Below are positions 14,636 to 27,930 of a stretch of 64,000 nucleotides of DNA, in pieces. Each line of letters starts with the position of its first letter. Positions within the stretch are counted from its first letter, which is position 1. This DNA is from Calcarisporiella thermophila CBS 279.70 (lineage: Eukaryota; Fungi; Calcarisporiellomycota): the NCBI RefSeq assembly GCF_041956535.1, contig NW_027192196.1, positions 390,921 to 454,920 on the forward strand, written 5' to 3'. The notes under the pieces were generated by a model. The model did no database searches and was not told where the DNA came from. It saw only the letters and a list, made by a program, of their open reading frames with translations. The position numbers were made by a program, and so were the translations under genes.

Positions 14636-16173
14636 ATGGGATTTACTTCTCCTCTACCCTCAGATCTAGCAGGTCATCTCTTATTAGTTTTCTGGCTTGT
14701 CCATTGTTGCGCATGACTCTAATATGCATTTTGTTCTAAAAATAGGCGAATGTAAAAAGGCTGCCAAGATCCTGAACAGCTTCATCGGTATGTAAACCAG
14801 ATCCCTTTCCACGCCAGTGGAATCCAATCACTTAAGTATTCTGGGGCTAATTACGCGGTCATTTCTGACATTGGTCCACGTAGATCCGTTAGCGGCGGTC
14901 GGACCCGATAAAATGATTCCGCCCAATATCATAGCCAATGCCAAGGGGCTAGCTATCTTCACGGTAGTGAAGGCCGGTTTTTTGTTTTCTGGACGAGCAG
15001 GTTCAGGGCTAGTGGTAGCACGCCTGGCAGATGGCGGATGGTCAGCACCCTCATGCATCGGGGTTGCGGGAATGGGGGTTGGAGGGCAAATTGGTGCTGA
15101 GTAAGTCTGCCTATTCTCATTTTTGCTCGCTTCAGCATGAAGTATCCGACCGAAACTTACTCCTCCATTTGGATAGAATCACCGATTTTGTGTGCATTTT
15201 GAACACCAAGGATGCGGTCAAGACATTTTCCCAGGTGGGCAACGTCACGCTTGGAGGGAACATTAGCGTTGCGGCGGGTCCCATCGGACGGCAGGGCGAG
15301 GTTGCCGGTTCGACCAATCTCAGAAATATCGCGGCCATCTACTCCTATAGCAAAACGAAGGGCTTATTCGGTAGGTGACGCGCATTCTCGTTCTTCCTAA
15401 GCCTAATGACGAACTAACGAGAGGGTTGGTTAGCTGGTGCGTCCATAGAAGGCTCGATCATAGCCACGAGGGGAGATGCTAATGAGAAGTTCTACGGCCG
15501 TAAGGTGACCCCGAGCGAACTTCTCAGCGGCTCGGTTGCCCCCCCTCCTCAAGCCGATCCCCTGTATCGCGCGCTGAACGCGCGGGTAAATCGCACGGGA
15601 GTTCCCTCAGCTCCTGCGGGTGGCCCCACGGGGAGCATGTACAATTCGACGCCCGTGTATGGTGAGGATGCAAGCGAATGGGCCGGCCAGACTCGGCGGA
15701 CTTCGTCCACAGGGCCTTCCGCCGCGCCGGCTGTCAGCCGTCCCCCCTTCTCTCCCTATTCCCAGCCGCCCCCCTCCTATTCGTCGTCGACCACGAACCC
15801 GCCCAATGCATTTGAGAAGCGCACCTATCCTGCGCCCGCGCGGGCCCAGGCACCCCCTCCTCGTCCCCCCCCTCCCCCACGTCGCCCCAAGGAGCCGACC
15901 GCGGTAGCACTCTACGACTTTGCGGGCGAACAGCCGGGCGATTTACCCTTCCATCAGGGCGACATCATTGTCATCACGCGGCGCACCGAAAGCCAAAATG
16001 ATTGGTGGGAGGGGCGCTGCAACGGCAAGGAAGGAAGTGTAAGTATCCGTTCGAGCTTCGCCTAATTTTTTTTCCCACGATTATATCAATTGAGTTCAAG
16101 CTGAGCTTTTTTTTAACCCCCTCTCCTTCATGCCTAGTTTCCTGCAAATTACTGCAGAGTGGACCCTCAATAG
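14636..16173 (+). CDS. YSC84: Ysc84/Lsb3/SH3YL1: SYLF actin-binding domain, Pro-rich linker and SH3
   Basis: GLAIFTVVKAGFLFSGRAGSGLVVARL..WSAPS; AAIYSYSKTKGLF; ALYDFAGEQPGDLPF..NDWWEG..FPANY. Confidence 0.92.
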
Positions 16174-17954
16174 TATAGTCAATAACAATATCAATGAAAA
16201 AGGTAATAACTTGAGCGGCATATTACGCAATGCTTCCGGTGCTTATGCTTTGGTTTTTTTTCCTTCCTTCTATGCCAATGGAACGTGTCCAGCATCATGG
16301 CATGAGAGAGGGGAGAGATATGGGAATTTCTGTTCTACAAGATCTTGAGCAATTACCTTTTTCAACGCTTTTAATTTCCGGTTTATCTATCTATCTATAT
16401 ATATATGTTATTACCAATCCCTTTACTGTTTTTGCATAAAGAAACTTTCTGCGCCCCCCCATCTTGTAACAACGTTTTTTCCACGTTTTAAGGCACTCTA
16501 GTTCCCTCGACTCTTAATTCGTAAACTTGCAAACTCACCCCAAATCAGTTTGTGTTGACATTACTGTCCAAGCCCAGCATTATTGGATCCGCTGTGGTGA
16601 GATCGAATTAAGACTGAGAGGGCGGAAATGAACCTTGTAGGATTAGGCAAGAGGAGCTGATGTGTGACTGAGCAATTTGTCACTAATAGCGTGATGATGG
16701 CGAAATTGTAAGCAAATTATGTGAGAGAAGGACGGGGAGGGAAGGGTCGAAGGCGGAAGGGAAGGGCGCAAGGGAGCATTGGCTGCGGAGGCTGGCTGCG
16801 GGAGGCGCTACGGCCAGGGCTGCTCACAAAGCGCTTCCGCCGGGCGAGCAAACTCTAGGATGGGCTGGGAGGGGGAGGCGAGATTCGTCTTGGTGGAACC
16901 ACATCAACCACGCAAAAAGTACGCAAACAATCCTTGGTGGACTTTGAAAGCGTCTTATCATCAACCTTGTCACTTTGCGACACAGAGCACGGCGGTGTCA
17001 CGCTGTGGAACGCGCGGGCGGTGGATGCTTTGGGATGGCCCAATGTCATGGAGGAGCTATGCAGCATCGGCGGTGGGACCAGCAGGAATCCAGGAAGGTG
17101 CAGCTCCCTTATTCATGTGCGCTGCCGATTCCTTCACGCGCTTTTTGTGCACAAGAGCCACGACAGCGTCGGTGCACATTAACAAGTCATTAGCCGCCGA
17201 GCCCGTCGCAGCCCGCGGCCGCACCCGAGCCCGAGCACCAGTTCCAATTGCGGGAGGAGGGGGTGTCCGGCCATTTCAAGCCGGCATTTAAGCTTCCCCC
17301 CGAGTGACAGATGGTGAGAAAATACAGGGGGAGCATCGAATCTTGTCTGTGTGCGAAAAAACAGAGATCGGGCGGCGGCTGGCTGGGCCTGAGTCGAATC
17401 CGCCTTATCTAAGCCAGGCCCTCGAGCGGAATTCGGACTGGCAAAAGAGGATTTGGAGGAGGGATTTAAGGTTCCCATTAGGGTTTTTGGTTTTTTTGTG
17501 CGCTGGCCATGGCCTTCAGAGCTGGAGGGAGAAAGTATGAAGGAAGAGAGCCAAAACCTTCTTTCCCCTCCCTCAGTCGCCCGCTCTCTTCCCTTATTTA
17601 TCCTTTCCTCCACCCCTTCCCCCCCCCCCCTGCCCGCGGCTCTCCTGCTTGGCCCCCGCCTGCCCAAATCCCCGCCGCAGTATACCAGCCCCTGGTTCAT
17701 GGCCATCCGGCCCCGCGCATTTTGATAGCCATCTCGGTTCTGCCGATTGATCCGCCGCCGCTATTCCCCCCCCCCCTGCATCTTGCTGCCCTCGCTGGGA
17801 TGTGCGTGATATAGTCGACACACCGATTAGCACAACTGCTCGTTAGGGACGATGTCGGCTGATCTCTCTAAATTATTTTAGCTTATACACTGTAAAACCA
17901 CTCGCATATAGCCTATCTTCTTAATATTATTTTCGGGAGCCGCGGCATAATACC

Positions 17955-20900
17955 ATGTACGGAGTGCTCGATGATTTAGAAAATCGCCAAAAGCGGCTGA
18001 AGGTCGGGCGCGCGTGCCAACCTTGTCGTCTTAAAAAGATCAAATGTGACGGGGTGAGTCGTGGCCCATCGCCTCTGCAATGCGATGCCGGATTTTGTTA
18101 ACTCACCGCCGCTCTTTCTTTTCCCCTCCCCCCCCCCCGGTTAGCTCCATCCTTGCATGCAATGCAAAGCACGTGGCAGGACCTGCTCTTACGGGAGAGA
18201 CAGCCATGCCGTGCCCCAACCCCTACAATACATGGACGCGGGGGAGAAGGGATGGCGCTACGAATCCCTGGTCGAATCCTTGTCGCCAAGAGATAGCAGC
18301 TCGGCCCTCAAGCGCTTCAACCATCACCTCGCCTTATCACCATACGCACAGCAAGATCCCTCCTGCAGTCCCAACCCTGCTCCCCCCATTGCCGTCCCCG
18401 ACAATGACAATATGTACGTTGGCGGAGGGTGGCGTTACCCGAGCACGCGTCCGCCCGTGGAGAATAAATACCGGCTCACGGCTTCTCATGAATTATCGAC
18501 TAACAAGATGGTCCAATCCTTTCAGAGCATCTACGAGAAAATCACGCTCGGGATCGCACGCTTTGGAACCGTGGTGGAGGCCAAGGCGGAATCCCATCCC
18601 CCCGGCCTAACCCACCCACCCGAACTCCCGCCACCCCTGGTCCAGGAGAAGTTGATCGAGATTTACTTCGGCTCGCATCGCTACGAGTTTCTGCCGATCA
18701 TCCACAAGCACCTATTCCTTCAGCAGCTCCGAGGGCCAGCCTCAGGCCCCATCTCACCCCTACTCCTCAACATCCTGTTCGCACACGCGGTCAAACAGGC
18801 CGACCCGGACGTGTGCACGACCCCGTCGATTGCGTTTTTCCGGAGAGCTCAGGGTCTCCTTGGCGACTTCCTTGACGAGTCGCGTGTCAGCACGGTGCAG
18901 GCACTCTTGCTGATGGCCCTCTACGAGGACGGACACGTGCCCGCGAGAAAACGCGCTTTTCAAGCTTGGACCTATTCTGGCATGGCATGCAGGATGGCCT
19001 ACGATCTGAATCTTCATTGCGATGGCGAGGAGGGGGAGATGTCGCGCGCCGAGCGTGAACAGCGACGGCGCGTGTTCTGGGGTTGCTTTGTCGTCGACAA
19101 ACTGATTGGCGTCGCGACCGACAAACCTAGCATCATCCACCCGGCGTCCATTCTCGTGCCAACCCCCGTTTGTGACCCCGAGAGTGACGAGCGGGAGCGC
19201 CAGGTCGTGCAAGACTTTTACCACCTCTTGAGACTGGTGGAGATTCGAACTCAGGTCGCCGACTTTGTGCGTTCCACCGTGGTGTCCGACGATCCCGAAT
19301 TCGAGAACCGGGTCTCGTTTCTCGAACAGCAGCTGAACGACTGGCTAACAAGGCTACCCGAGCATCTGCGGTATACCGTCAACATGTTCATCCCTCCCCC
19401 GCCCGGGATCCGCCCGACGTCCCCGCGTGTAGCCTGTATGTTTTGCAAGCTTGAGTGCACTGGCGCTCCCGAAAGGATGGGCTCCAATGCTAACCCGCCT
19501 CTCTACCCTCTCCCCTCCCTCTTATAGACCTACACTTGCTTTTCCACTCCACTGCCATCGCCCTCTTCCAACCCTATCTCTACTCCTCTAATCGTACGCA
19601 GGACCAGCGCTGCAGCGTCCTCGCCGGAAACGTCGTTCGAATAGGCTCCTACCTTGAGGATTTTCCTCGACTCACCGTCTTCCTGCACGGCTCCGTCATC
19701 CTTGTCACGGTACGCGCCTGCATTTCGCATGCTATCAACCATCTGTCGAGCGACCAACTGATTGCAGGCTCGTCGCTCCACATGCTTTTTTCAGGCACCA
19801 AGATGATCCAGCGATTGTCCCAGAATCATAATTTTATCGCGCCTGAGGATGGAGAGAGTATGGTGAAGCTGACCGACCCGTTGATCCAGGTTGGTAGTGG
19901 GATACATTTACATATGCCTTCGGGGCCATTTTCCTACACGAATATGAAACCTAACCTGGGACCTCTCTTCTAGGCGATAAACGAAGTGTTCTATGCTAAT
20001 GGGGCGCCCCCTCCATGCCCGCTTCCAACTTCTTCTGCTCCCTTATCCTCCCAAACCACGCATGCCTCTGGCCCTTCGCACCTCCAGCCCTCCGGCCATT
20101 TTTCCGAGCGTACCGATGTCCGGCTCTCCCCCTCTGGTCCGCAGAGCGGATCTGCTGGGGGCCCCAGAGACACCGCCGAGGACAAAGAGAGGCGAGAACT
20201 GCACCCTTGGAAACCCCTGCCCGCCGATAAGCGGGGATGTAGCGAGGAGCTGATGCTAATGATGGACTCGACGGAGTCGGCGGAAATGATTCGAAATAAT
20301 TTCAAGGTGGAGTACTCCGCGGCGGGTGGCACGCTTTCAGGCCCGGTGTCCGAAGCCGAGGGACGAGAGTATGGGATGAACCTCTACTCAATAGATCCCC
20401 CACCTCCGTCGTCCTTCGTCGGGGAACGGGCCTTCGCGTCTCAGCCTCCTCGGAAAGCACCCTCCAGCGATTCCCAGCCGGCCCCGGCGCCCACGATGTC
20501 CTTCGTCCGGTACCCAACGGAAGGGTTCATCCATAACGATCCGATGGGCGGCTATCCATGCGAGGCTGCGAACTCCTCCCGCATCAACCCCGGAGCCCAC
20601 CCCATTGCCCCGGACGAAATGGGGCAGCAACTCGCGAGCCACCCCCCACCCTCTAGCTCCGCCGATCTAGACACCCTAGGCCCATTCTTGGTGCAGGTGA
20701 ACGAGTTCAATGAGATTGAATTTTCAGAGGCGGCCTCCGCGGAGGAAGGGCTGGCTACTCCTTCGCCGCACGATATGACCGATTTTCACCCCTCTCCATC
20801 TAGACACAGCCTGCATCTTCATCCCCCGCCCCCGATCCATCCCCAGGTCTCCGCCGGCGCCATATCACCCGGCAAGGTCCAGCGCTCCTCGGCCCCCTAC

Positions 20901-21206
20901 CACCATCCCGTGTCCTCCAAACACTTCCACCCCTACTCTCCCCGGCCCTCCTCGTCACGAGAGACCCTCTACCGACACCAAAAGTCAATATCATTGTCTT
21001 CCCTGCCCACCCTCCACTCCCCCTCCTCCTCGATACCAAGTGCAAAGAGCGTGAACGGACCGAGAGAGCCCAGGAGAGCTTTAGCAAGTCCTCACCCGGG
21101 CGAGCTCCCGGTTGCCCTCACCGCCTCTGTCCCCTCCACCAACGGCTCGCTGACCCCGGTGCCCCTGGCCACCTCACTACCGTTACCGGCCGAAATATCC
21201 AAATAA
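17955..21206 (+). CDS. Zn(II)2Cys6 transcription factor with fungal-specific TF middle domain
   Basis: RACQPCRLKKIKCDG|LAPSCMQCKARGRTC; STVQALLLMALY; ACRMAYDLNLH; REQRRRVFWGCFVVDK; P/S-rich C-terminus. Confidence 0.93.
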
Positions 21207-21932
21207 TTCCCCTCCCCCCTCCTAAACCTTCCCCCTCTTCCTCCTCCCCACCGCCTCCGGAGCTATTTATTTACTCTGAATCTCCATTCTTATATACTTT
21301 TTTTTATAGCTGTTGTAATGTTGATCTCATCTGAATATTGTTGGAAACTGTATGGATGTACAACAATTAAACTGATTACCTCCCCTATTTCCTTAGGAAA
21401 AAAATGTATATATCTTGTTTTTATCCTTTGTTTTCGTTTTTTTTTTATCTCTTCCCCTTGTCCTTCTTGATCTTACATTGCTCCTTTTTAAATTTGTTTT
21501 TACCTTCTTATGCTTCCTCCTCAAATTTCAATGATGACACAAATAAAAGGGATCACATCTTCCTCCATCAGGATTGAGTCCTGCGTTTGCCAAGGCTGAA
21601 CCACAATAAATATATGTGTATATTATAGATTCCAGGTGGGAGGAGAAAAGAATAAACAATAGACAAAATCCAGTGAAATAAAGAGAGTTTGTATATATAT
21701 TGTGTTTTGTTTCAGTCATTTGGGAGAACTAAAAGACAAGCGGACATGGATTTCTTTACAACATAAACAAACAGAAGAAATAGAGGTGACATGTTAGGGT
21801 GCAATGGTGTGAGAGTAGAGAAGAAAAAAAAAATATTATGTGACGCTAAAGCATAGGAGCGGTTTTCGAGGGAAAAAAAAGTGGTAAAATTTATGATGTG
21901 TAGAAGGGAGGGCAGAGTGAAGGCGAGACGCA

Positions 21933-23141
21933 TTAGTCACGACTGCCACCGCCGCCCAAGAAGGAGCTGGGTGGTCTCATTGAATTCCGCGATGGAGGCT
22001 GCTGCTGCTGCTGCTGCTGTTGTTGTTGTAGCTGCTGTTCCTGCTGGGGGTTCAGAACCATGGAGGCCGTCTGCCGTCCCACGCCGACCGAGGGCTCGAC
22101 CTCGTTCATGAGAGCATAGGAAAACCGTGCACTGGCGGGTCTGCTTGTCCCGGGGGAGGAGGTTCTCGACTCCGCGGGGGGATTCAGGGCAAACGAGTTG
22201 AGTGACAATGACGAATAGTTCTTGCTCGCCCGGAACGAGGCACTCATGGGCGAGTTTGGAGTGGAAAGGGTGATGTTGCCCTCGGCGGTTCCCGGGAGCA
22301 TGGCGGCTTGTCGGAACGCCTCCTGCTCCTCGAAGAAGCGCGCTCGCTTGGCCCGGAGAGTTCTCCGGTGGTGGCGGTGCAGCACCCAGAGCAGAAGAAG
22401 GGTCAGCATCACAAAGGCAAACACGGCCACCCCGATGGTGGCATACACCCAGGTGGGAACCTCTCTGAACGAATCCGGCGGCTTGTCGCAGAAGCCCATG
22501 TCGTTGCAGGCCCCCGAGGTGCACTCTCTGTCCTGCTCGCACCGCGAGCCAAGGGGATTTGCCTGGATACAAGTCTGGCTGCCCATATCGCAGAAAGTCC
22601 CCAGCCCACAGTTGTCTCGGATGATTTTCTGGATGATGCTGTGCTCGCCGTCGTATCCCGCACGGCGATACTCCGTAATGTCGACCACGCACGGCTGTCC
22701 AAGCGTCTTGACCTTCAGCTCACAGATCTGATTAAGACAGATCCCGTGCTGTCCCTCGCATTCGTCGTCGCGGGAGGGCTCACACGACGAATTCAAGGGC
22801 TTCAACGGCATGCACTTCAGATTATTATCGGGACAGTAGCTGACGTTCTGAGGGCAGCGCACGGGGAGGGGGATGGCATTGTTCCATCCGGGAAGATAGT
22901 CCTGATTGGAACAGCCTCGGTAAACGCACGTCTTGTTCGAAGGATCGCACGCAAGCATGATGTTGTCGCAGCTATCTTGATAGCGGTGCGTGGGGGTGTA
23001 CACCGGGGAGGGGTCGCATGCCTCACCCCACGCCTTCGCACTTACAAGGGTTGGGAGGAAGAAGAGGGCGATAAGGATGCAGAGCCATGTGAGGAGGGAA
23101 GTGTCCAAGGTCCTATGGAGGGGCTGGAACCGTCGAGCCAT
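21933..23141 (-). CDS. Intronless Cys-rich type I membrane protein with poly-Q cytoplasmic tail
   Basis: Signal-like hydrophobic segment, over 20 Cys in repeated C-x4/5-C units, one TM (VYATIGVAVFAFVMLTLLLLWVL), basic stop-transfer, S-rich tail. Confidence 0.8.
   Translation of the reverse strand: MARRFQPLHRTLDTSLLTWLCILIALFFLPTLVSAKAWGEACDPSPVYTPTHRYQDSCDNIMLACDPSNKTCVYRGCSNQDYLPGWNNAIPLPVRCPQNVSYCPDNNLKCMPLKPLNSSCEPSRDDECEGQHGICLNQICELKVKTLGQPCVVDITEYRRAGYDGEHSIIQKIIRDNCGLGTFCDMGSQTCIQANPLGSRCEQDRECTSGACNDMGFCDKPPDSFREVPTWVYATIGVAVFAFVMLTLLLLWVLHRHHRRTLRAKRARFFEEQEAFRQAAMLPGTAEGNITLSTPNSPMSASFRASKNYSSLSLNSFALNPPAESRTSSPGTSRPASARFSYALMNEVEPSVGVGRQTASMVLNPQQEQQLQQQQQQQQQQPPSRNSMRPPSSFLGGGGSRD
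21998..22045 (-). repeat. CAG/CAA trinucleotide tract encoding poly-Q
   Basis: (gct)n(gtt)n on the + strand encodes QQEQQLQQQQQQQQQQ. Confidence 0.85.
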
Positions 23142-23971
23142 GTCGTGTGGAACCCCGTAGAAATACACAATAATTTAGAGAGATGGAGGGATGCAGAGAT
23201 GTAGAGAGGGCTAGATGCAGCTCAGGATGATAATCTTGGAAATCCTGGGCTGAAGCGCAATCGGATTGAAGAGTCGAAATAGACTGGCGCAGAGAAAGTG
23301 GGTAAACACCCCTTCCCATATTTTTTTCTATTTCTGGTGTGAAGACTGTGTGCCGGCTGATTGGCCGATCCTCAATTCATTAACTCGAGTTGCACAAATC
23401 GAATCGAGACGATAAAAATAACAGTCCCACCCAAGTATTTCCGGAATAGCATGGCGCGGCCAAATAGGCGAGAAGGAAGTCTGTAGAGAGCAGCTGCGCG
23501 CGCTGGGGAGCGCTTAGCATAATGGGTGGGGGAGGGGAGGGATCGCCTGCATCTCTGCAACTGTGTGTCATGGTCTCCTTGGCCGGCTGGGGATGAGCTG
23601 CAGCACCAGGGCAGACAGCTTTTTCCTTTTTTTTTGCACGTTGCTTAATAATACCGGAAAACAAATAATTGCGCAATGAATAACAGCAATTAAATATGCA
23701 TCAAATGGAAAATAAAGATATTGACATTTCGAGAGCAAGGTTTGGCAACTAGTAAGAAAGGCGATACCGGCTTGAAGGATTCATAAAAAAAAATCTGGTC
23801 CCTGCTTGCATCCAAACAATCCAATATGAAAAGGCTTCTCGAAATAGAAAGAGTAATAGTTGCACGGCATAAATTACCAGACTCTAGTTTTTTTTTTTTC
23901 TCTGCTCCTTCTAGGCAGTCCCCACCACGACTTCCTGGACTCGCGTCGCAACTCCCCGTCTCTTGCTCGTG

Positions 23972-24973
23972 ATGAAGTGGAAGAAACCGATGCCCGAGCG
24001 AGTAATGAAGAAAGGCTCCTCAAGAGGTGCTTTTCAACCGATACCTTCTCGTCCTCCGTCCGAGGCAGGGATACCTGTCGTACTCCACATATATGATCTG
24101 GTAGCTCCCGTTTGATTTGATTGCCTACCCGTGGGGAGAACGTTAACGGGATTGTTTCCAATAGTTGCCACCAAGCGCACTCTCCATTTTGGCCACCTCG
24201 TTTGGAATAGGCGTGTATCACACGGGAGTTGAATTACGTGGCAAAGGTAGAGAGGCCTTGGAGTAGTAGAGGTTCATTTGGCCGGTTGCTCACTCTTTGA
24301 ATGGCTTTAGAGTATTGTTTTGGCGCGCATCCTTATGACTTTAGTGGGATATTCTCGGTACGTCCGAAAGTCGGACCGCAGGGGGTTATATACAAGTAAG
24401 TGCTGAGATGCTTCTAATGGTTGGGCATACCGAGGCCTACTATCGATTCCTTGATAAAGAAAATCCATCTTCATGGGGTATTGCCAATTGACCGACGCTG
24501 AAATCAACCGCGTCCTCCACCGGCTTGCACGCGAGTATACGGGCGCGTCCTATCATTTGCTTGCGCGGTAGGCTATCTACCTCCGAGGCAAACGGAATTA
24601 ATTGGCATGACTAAATCTTTTCGTTTCATCTCGACAGAAATTGCAATCATTTCGCGTCAGATTTGTGCCAGCAGCTCATCAATAAAATTCCGCCTGACTG
24701 GGTGAATCGAGCAGCCCGTATTGCTTCGTGTTTCCCCTTTTTAGTGCCCGCCTCCTGGATCAATCCTCCGGTGTTCGGCCAACAAGGTGATCTTTCCTTA
24801 CTGAACCCCTCCCGCCTTTGGCATCCGTCTCTTGTATCTTTCTGGGCTAACTTATAGGCATTTTAGGGTACGAAGCATCCAACGAAAAGCCAAAGTCCTG
24901 GCGGAGATCCTGGTCCCGCGACGACACTCGGGATGACCGAAGATTTTGCAGAAAATCCTGGCTGCAAAGATAG
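23972..24973 (+). CDS. PPPDE/DeSI family thiol peptidase (deSUMOylase/deubiquitinase-like)
   Basis: Spliced VVLHIYDL|..GIGVYHTGVE..|EYCFGAH..GIF..|YHLLAR|NCNHFA..PDWVNRAA, with the catalytic His/Cys dyad intact. Start and last exon are approximate. Confidence 0.88.
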
Positions 24974-25214
24974 TGCCCTCTGGACGATGCATCTCAATAC
25001 CATCCGCTGTCAATGGCCCTCTGCCCCTTCTCCATTGTAAAATACTAAATTAATTTAATAGGCCTTTTTTTTCTTTTTTCTTTCCCTGTGGGAGCCAAAG
25101 GAAAAATAGGCTAAAGCGATGTTTAATAGGCCGTATTTTTATTTACTTTTTATTTCGCACTAGTTATTTTACTGATATCTTCATCGGCATACCACCAGCA
25201 TTTTTTTCCCCATC

Positions 25215-25245
25215 TACATACATATACATATATATATATATATAT
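25215..25245. repeat. TA-rich microsatellite
   Basis: tacatacatatacata(ta)n between two convergent 3' ends. Confidence 0.8.
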
Positions 25246-25321
25246 TTTTATTATTCTCGTGAATAAGGATAATAAGATCTCGGTTAATATCACATCCAAT
25301 GCTACAATACAAGTTGGGTAT

Positions 25322-27826
25322 TTACAAAAGGTGCTCCTCCTTCAACACTCGAACATAGCACACTTCCACTTCCAGCTCCGCACCCAGCAGCACGTCGATC
25401 CAATTCTTTTGCTTCTCAGAGAGCCGGTCGCCTGGCCCCTTGACCTCCACCATTTTCGCCTTGTTCATATCGGAGTTCCATAAACTAAGAGCGAGGATTA
25501 GTTAACCACAGTGGGATGCAGGGGAGAAGAAGGACTGCTTTCCAATTACCATAGATCGGGGAGCCCAGAACTCCGGTATTCCTGTGCCAAAAGTCTGCAC
25601 ACTTGTGCCAGTGCGGGCCCTCCTATGCACTGTAGGGGAAGGAAAATTAGTCAATGGGCTCGCCACAAAGCCGGACTATTAGTTCGTATTGGTGATTACC
25701 TGGGAAACCTCCTCTAACTCCCACTGCTCATACTCCCACGACAGCCCGATGCAAAGCGTCGCACGCGGCCGCTCTCTTTCATCCGCCTCACGAAGCAGCC
25801 CCAGAAAGTCGCCGCTGGATATTTGCGAAATGCGTCGGTTGATTTCGACACATCGTGTGGAGTAGAACGCATCCGTTCCAAAGTCTAGAGGAGCACTCTG
25901 AAAGCTTGTTTCGAATACCCCTGAAACGGGCATAAAGAGAATGTCCCAAAAGAGAAGCGCAAACTAGAAAGGACGATAGGCAGACAAAGGAGCCGTTGGT
26001 TATTCATGGGAGTGCATCAGGAAAACAGAGGCAATAATATCTACCAAGGTAGTGATAATTCCATTCTCGCAGTGGTAGCTAATACAATCGTGAGTATCGG
26101 AAGATGAGTTATTTTTAGTAATATAAAATATTTCTACACCTACCCTTTGTATCCCAGTGATCGATAATAACCCAGCGCCAACTCTTCCACAGATACCTCG
26201 TCTCCATCTTTTGCCCGCCACAACGATTTTTGCCCCGTTATCGAATCGCTCACACGCTCCCCATAAATTATCTTTTCTTGGGCCTGACGTAGCGCAAGAT
26301 GCGTAAAGTCATGTTGATCGCGCTTGGGGATTTTAAGCTCACGCTCTAGCCGCATGATACGCCGCTGAATCGAGGACAAATGCGCTGGCAAAAAGTAACA
26401 AAAGGGGGGTTAGTACCCCGCACAGAAACAGGATATGGACAACCACTGACCCACTCCCACTCCAGAGTCCACCAACGCCTCTAAACACGTCTCCAACGCC
26501 TGTTTTTTCCCCTGCTTTGGATCCTCTGAATATCGTGCGAGCACCAGCGCGAGCCTATCGTACCATTCCCCGCGCTTTCCTTGCCGAAACAGATACTGCC
26601 CAAGGAGCTTTCTCAGCAGTTCCTCCTCGAGTTTGAACATCTTCATCTTCCCAAGAATATTCGCACACTTCTCAATAATCCGGGTATAAACAGCTACAGC
26701 GCTATACCGCCTTAGAAAGTAACTGCGGCCCTCCGCTTCCTCCCAATTGACAACAAGCACCTCCCACAACGGGACAATCTCATCTAGCACCTGCATCACC
26801 CTAGCCATTCCCGCTTCCTCTACCACTTGGCCCTCCAGAAGCTGGTCAATCTCAGACTGCAGTTTCAACGCGGACTCATACTCGACGACAGCCTCACGGC
26901 TCGGGAACACTTGAGTGCGCTCAGTTTTGTACATGGGATAGTTGCGTTTTTCAATGCGCGCAAGAATACTTGTGGTCATTCTTTTTTCGTCGTGGCCACT
27001 GGAACGATAATAAACTAGATGGAGGCGGTGAAAGATCTCGACCACCGTTCGATCCAATTGAATGCAGTATCCTAAATAGATGAAATGAGAGTGAGTCGGG
27101 CTTATCCCACTCTTGGTCATGTAGAAATAGGTGCCTGTCTTTTCAGTGATCTTGGCTATGACCTGCTCCCGACGGCTGTGCGGCTTGGTAAGTCGAAATT
27201 CGGTGGCCAGCGTTGCTTGGGTAGAACTTTTCTGAATCATCTCGAGTAGGCTCTTTCTCTTTAGCAGATATATGTCAGTGATACGAGATACATGGATAGG
27301 GGTAGAGAATTATAATGGGATCTCCTACATTCTTTGAATTCACCTTCGCTTTCAACCCACATACTTCCTTGGCTACCTCCTTCAACTCATCCACACTGCA
27401 TATTGTTAATGCCTCTTCAACCGCACAAATCCCCGTCATGTTCCGGACAAACCCAACACCTTCCAACTCTCTGCACGCCTCATTAACATCTCCCACATCA
27501 GTATATTTTAACTCTCTGACGCGAAACCATGCGTCCCGTTTTCTGAGGAACAGGCGAACGAAAAGGATCTGGGATGGCCGTGAGAGCGATCTGAAAGAGT
27601 CAAAAAGCGTCAATTCGTTAATTAGAAAGAGTTTTGATTCGGATGCAAGAACAGTGTCAAGTATTTCGACAAAAAGGTCTAGGTAGAGTGTACGGGGGAA
27701 ATGGACGGGTAAATCCTCGCCCGAGGAGGCTATTGATGAAAGGGTAGTTGGGGGAACATCCTCTAGGGACTTTGGCTTCTTTGAGGAGAGTGGACTTGGT
27801 ATGTCGGGCAATGCACGTTTATTCAT
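25322..27826 (-). CDS. FAN1: Fanconi-associated nuclease 1 (VRR-NUC)
   Basis: LFVRLFLRK..WFR; RQGKRGEWYDRLALVL; SVEELALGYY..GY..HCENGI; FQSAPLDFGTDAFY; SGLPDL; VEVKGPGDRLSEKQKNW. Confidence 0.93.
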
Positions 27827-27911
27827 TGGATGTCATTACTTGAGGCACGAATTCACCTTCCTAGGCCCTACTTTGATATTGTATTAGAACAGTTCCGCAT
27901 TTACGACTTAG

Positions 27912-27930
27912 TGAGTCACAATTGTGACTG
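27912..27930. promoter_or_regulatory. Palindromic HomolD-like/AP-1-like element in the FAN1-DRE2 divergent promoter
   Basis: Perfect 16-bp palindrome AGTCACAATTGTGACT (27914-27929), overlapping TGAGTCA (27912-27918) and TGTGACTG (27923-27930), about 100 bp from each ATG. Confidence 0.55.

Noticed and set aside
22222-23204. Long plus-strand ORFs (169 and 298 aa) and similar ORFs around 18760-21087
   Set aside because: Antisense shadows of real GC-rich coding regions, with no motifs of their own.
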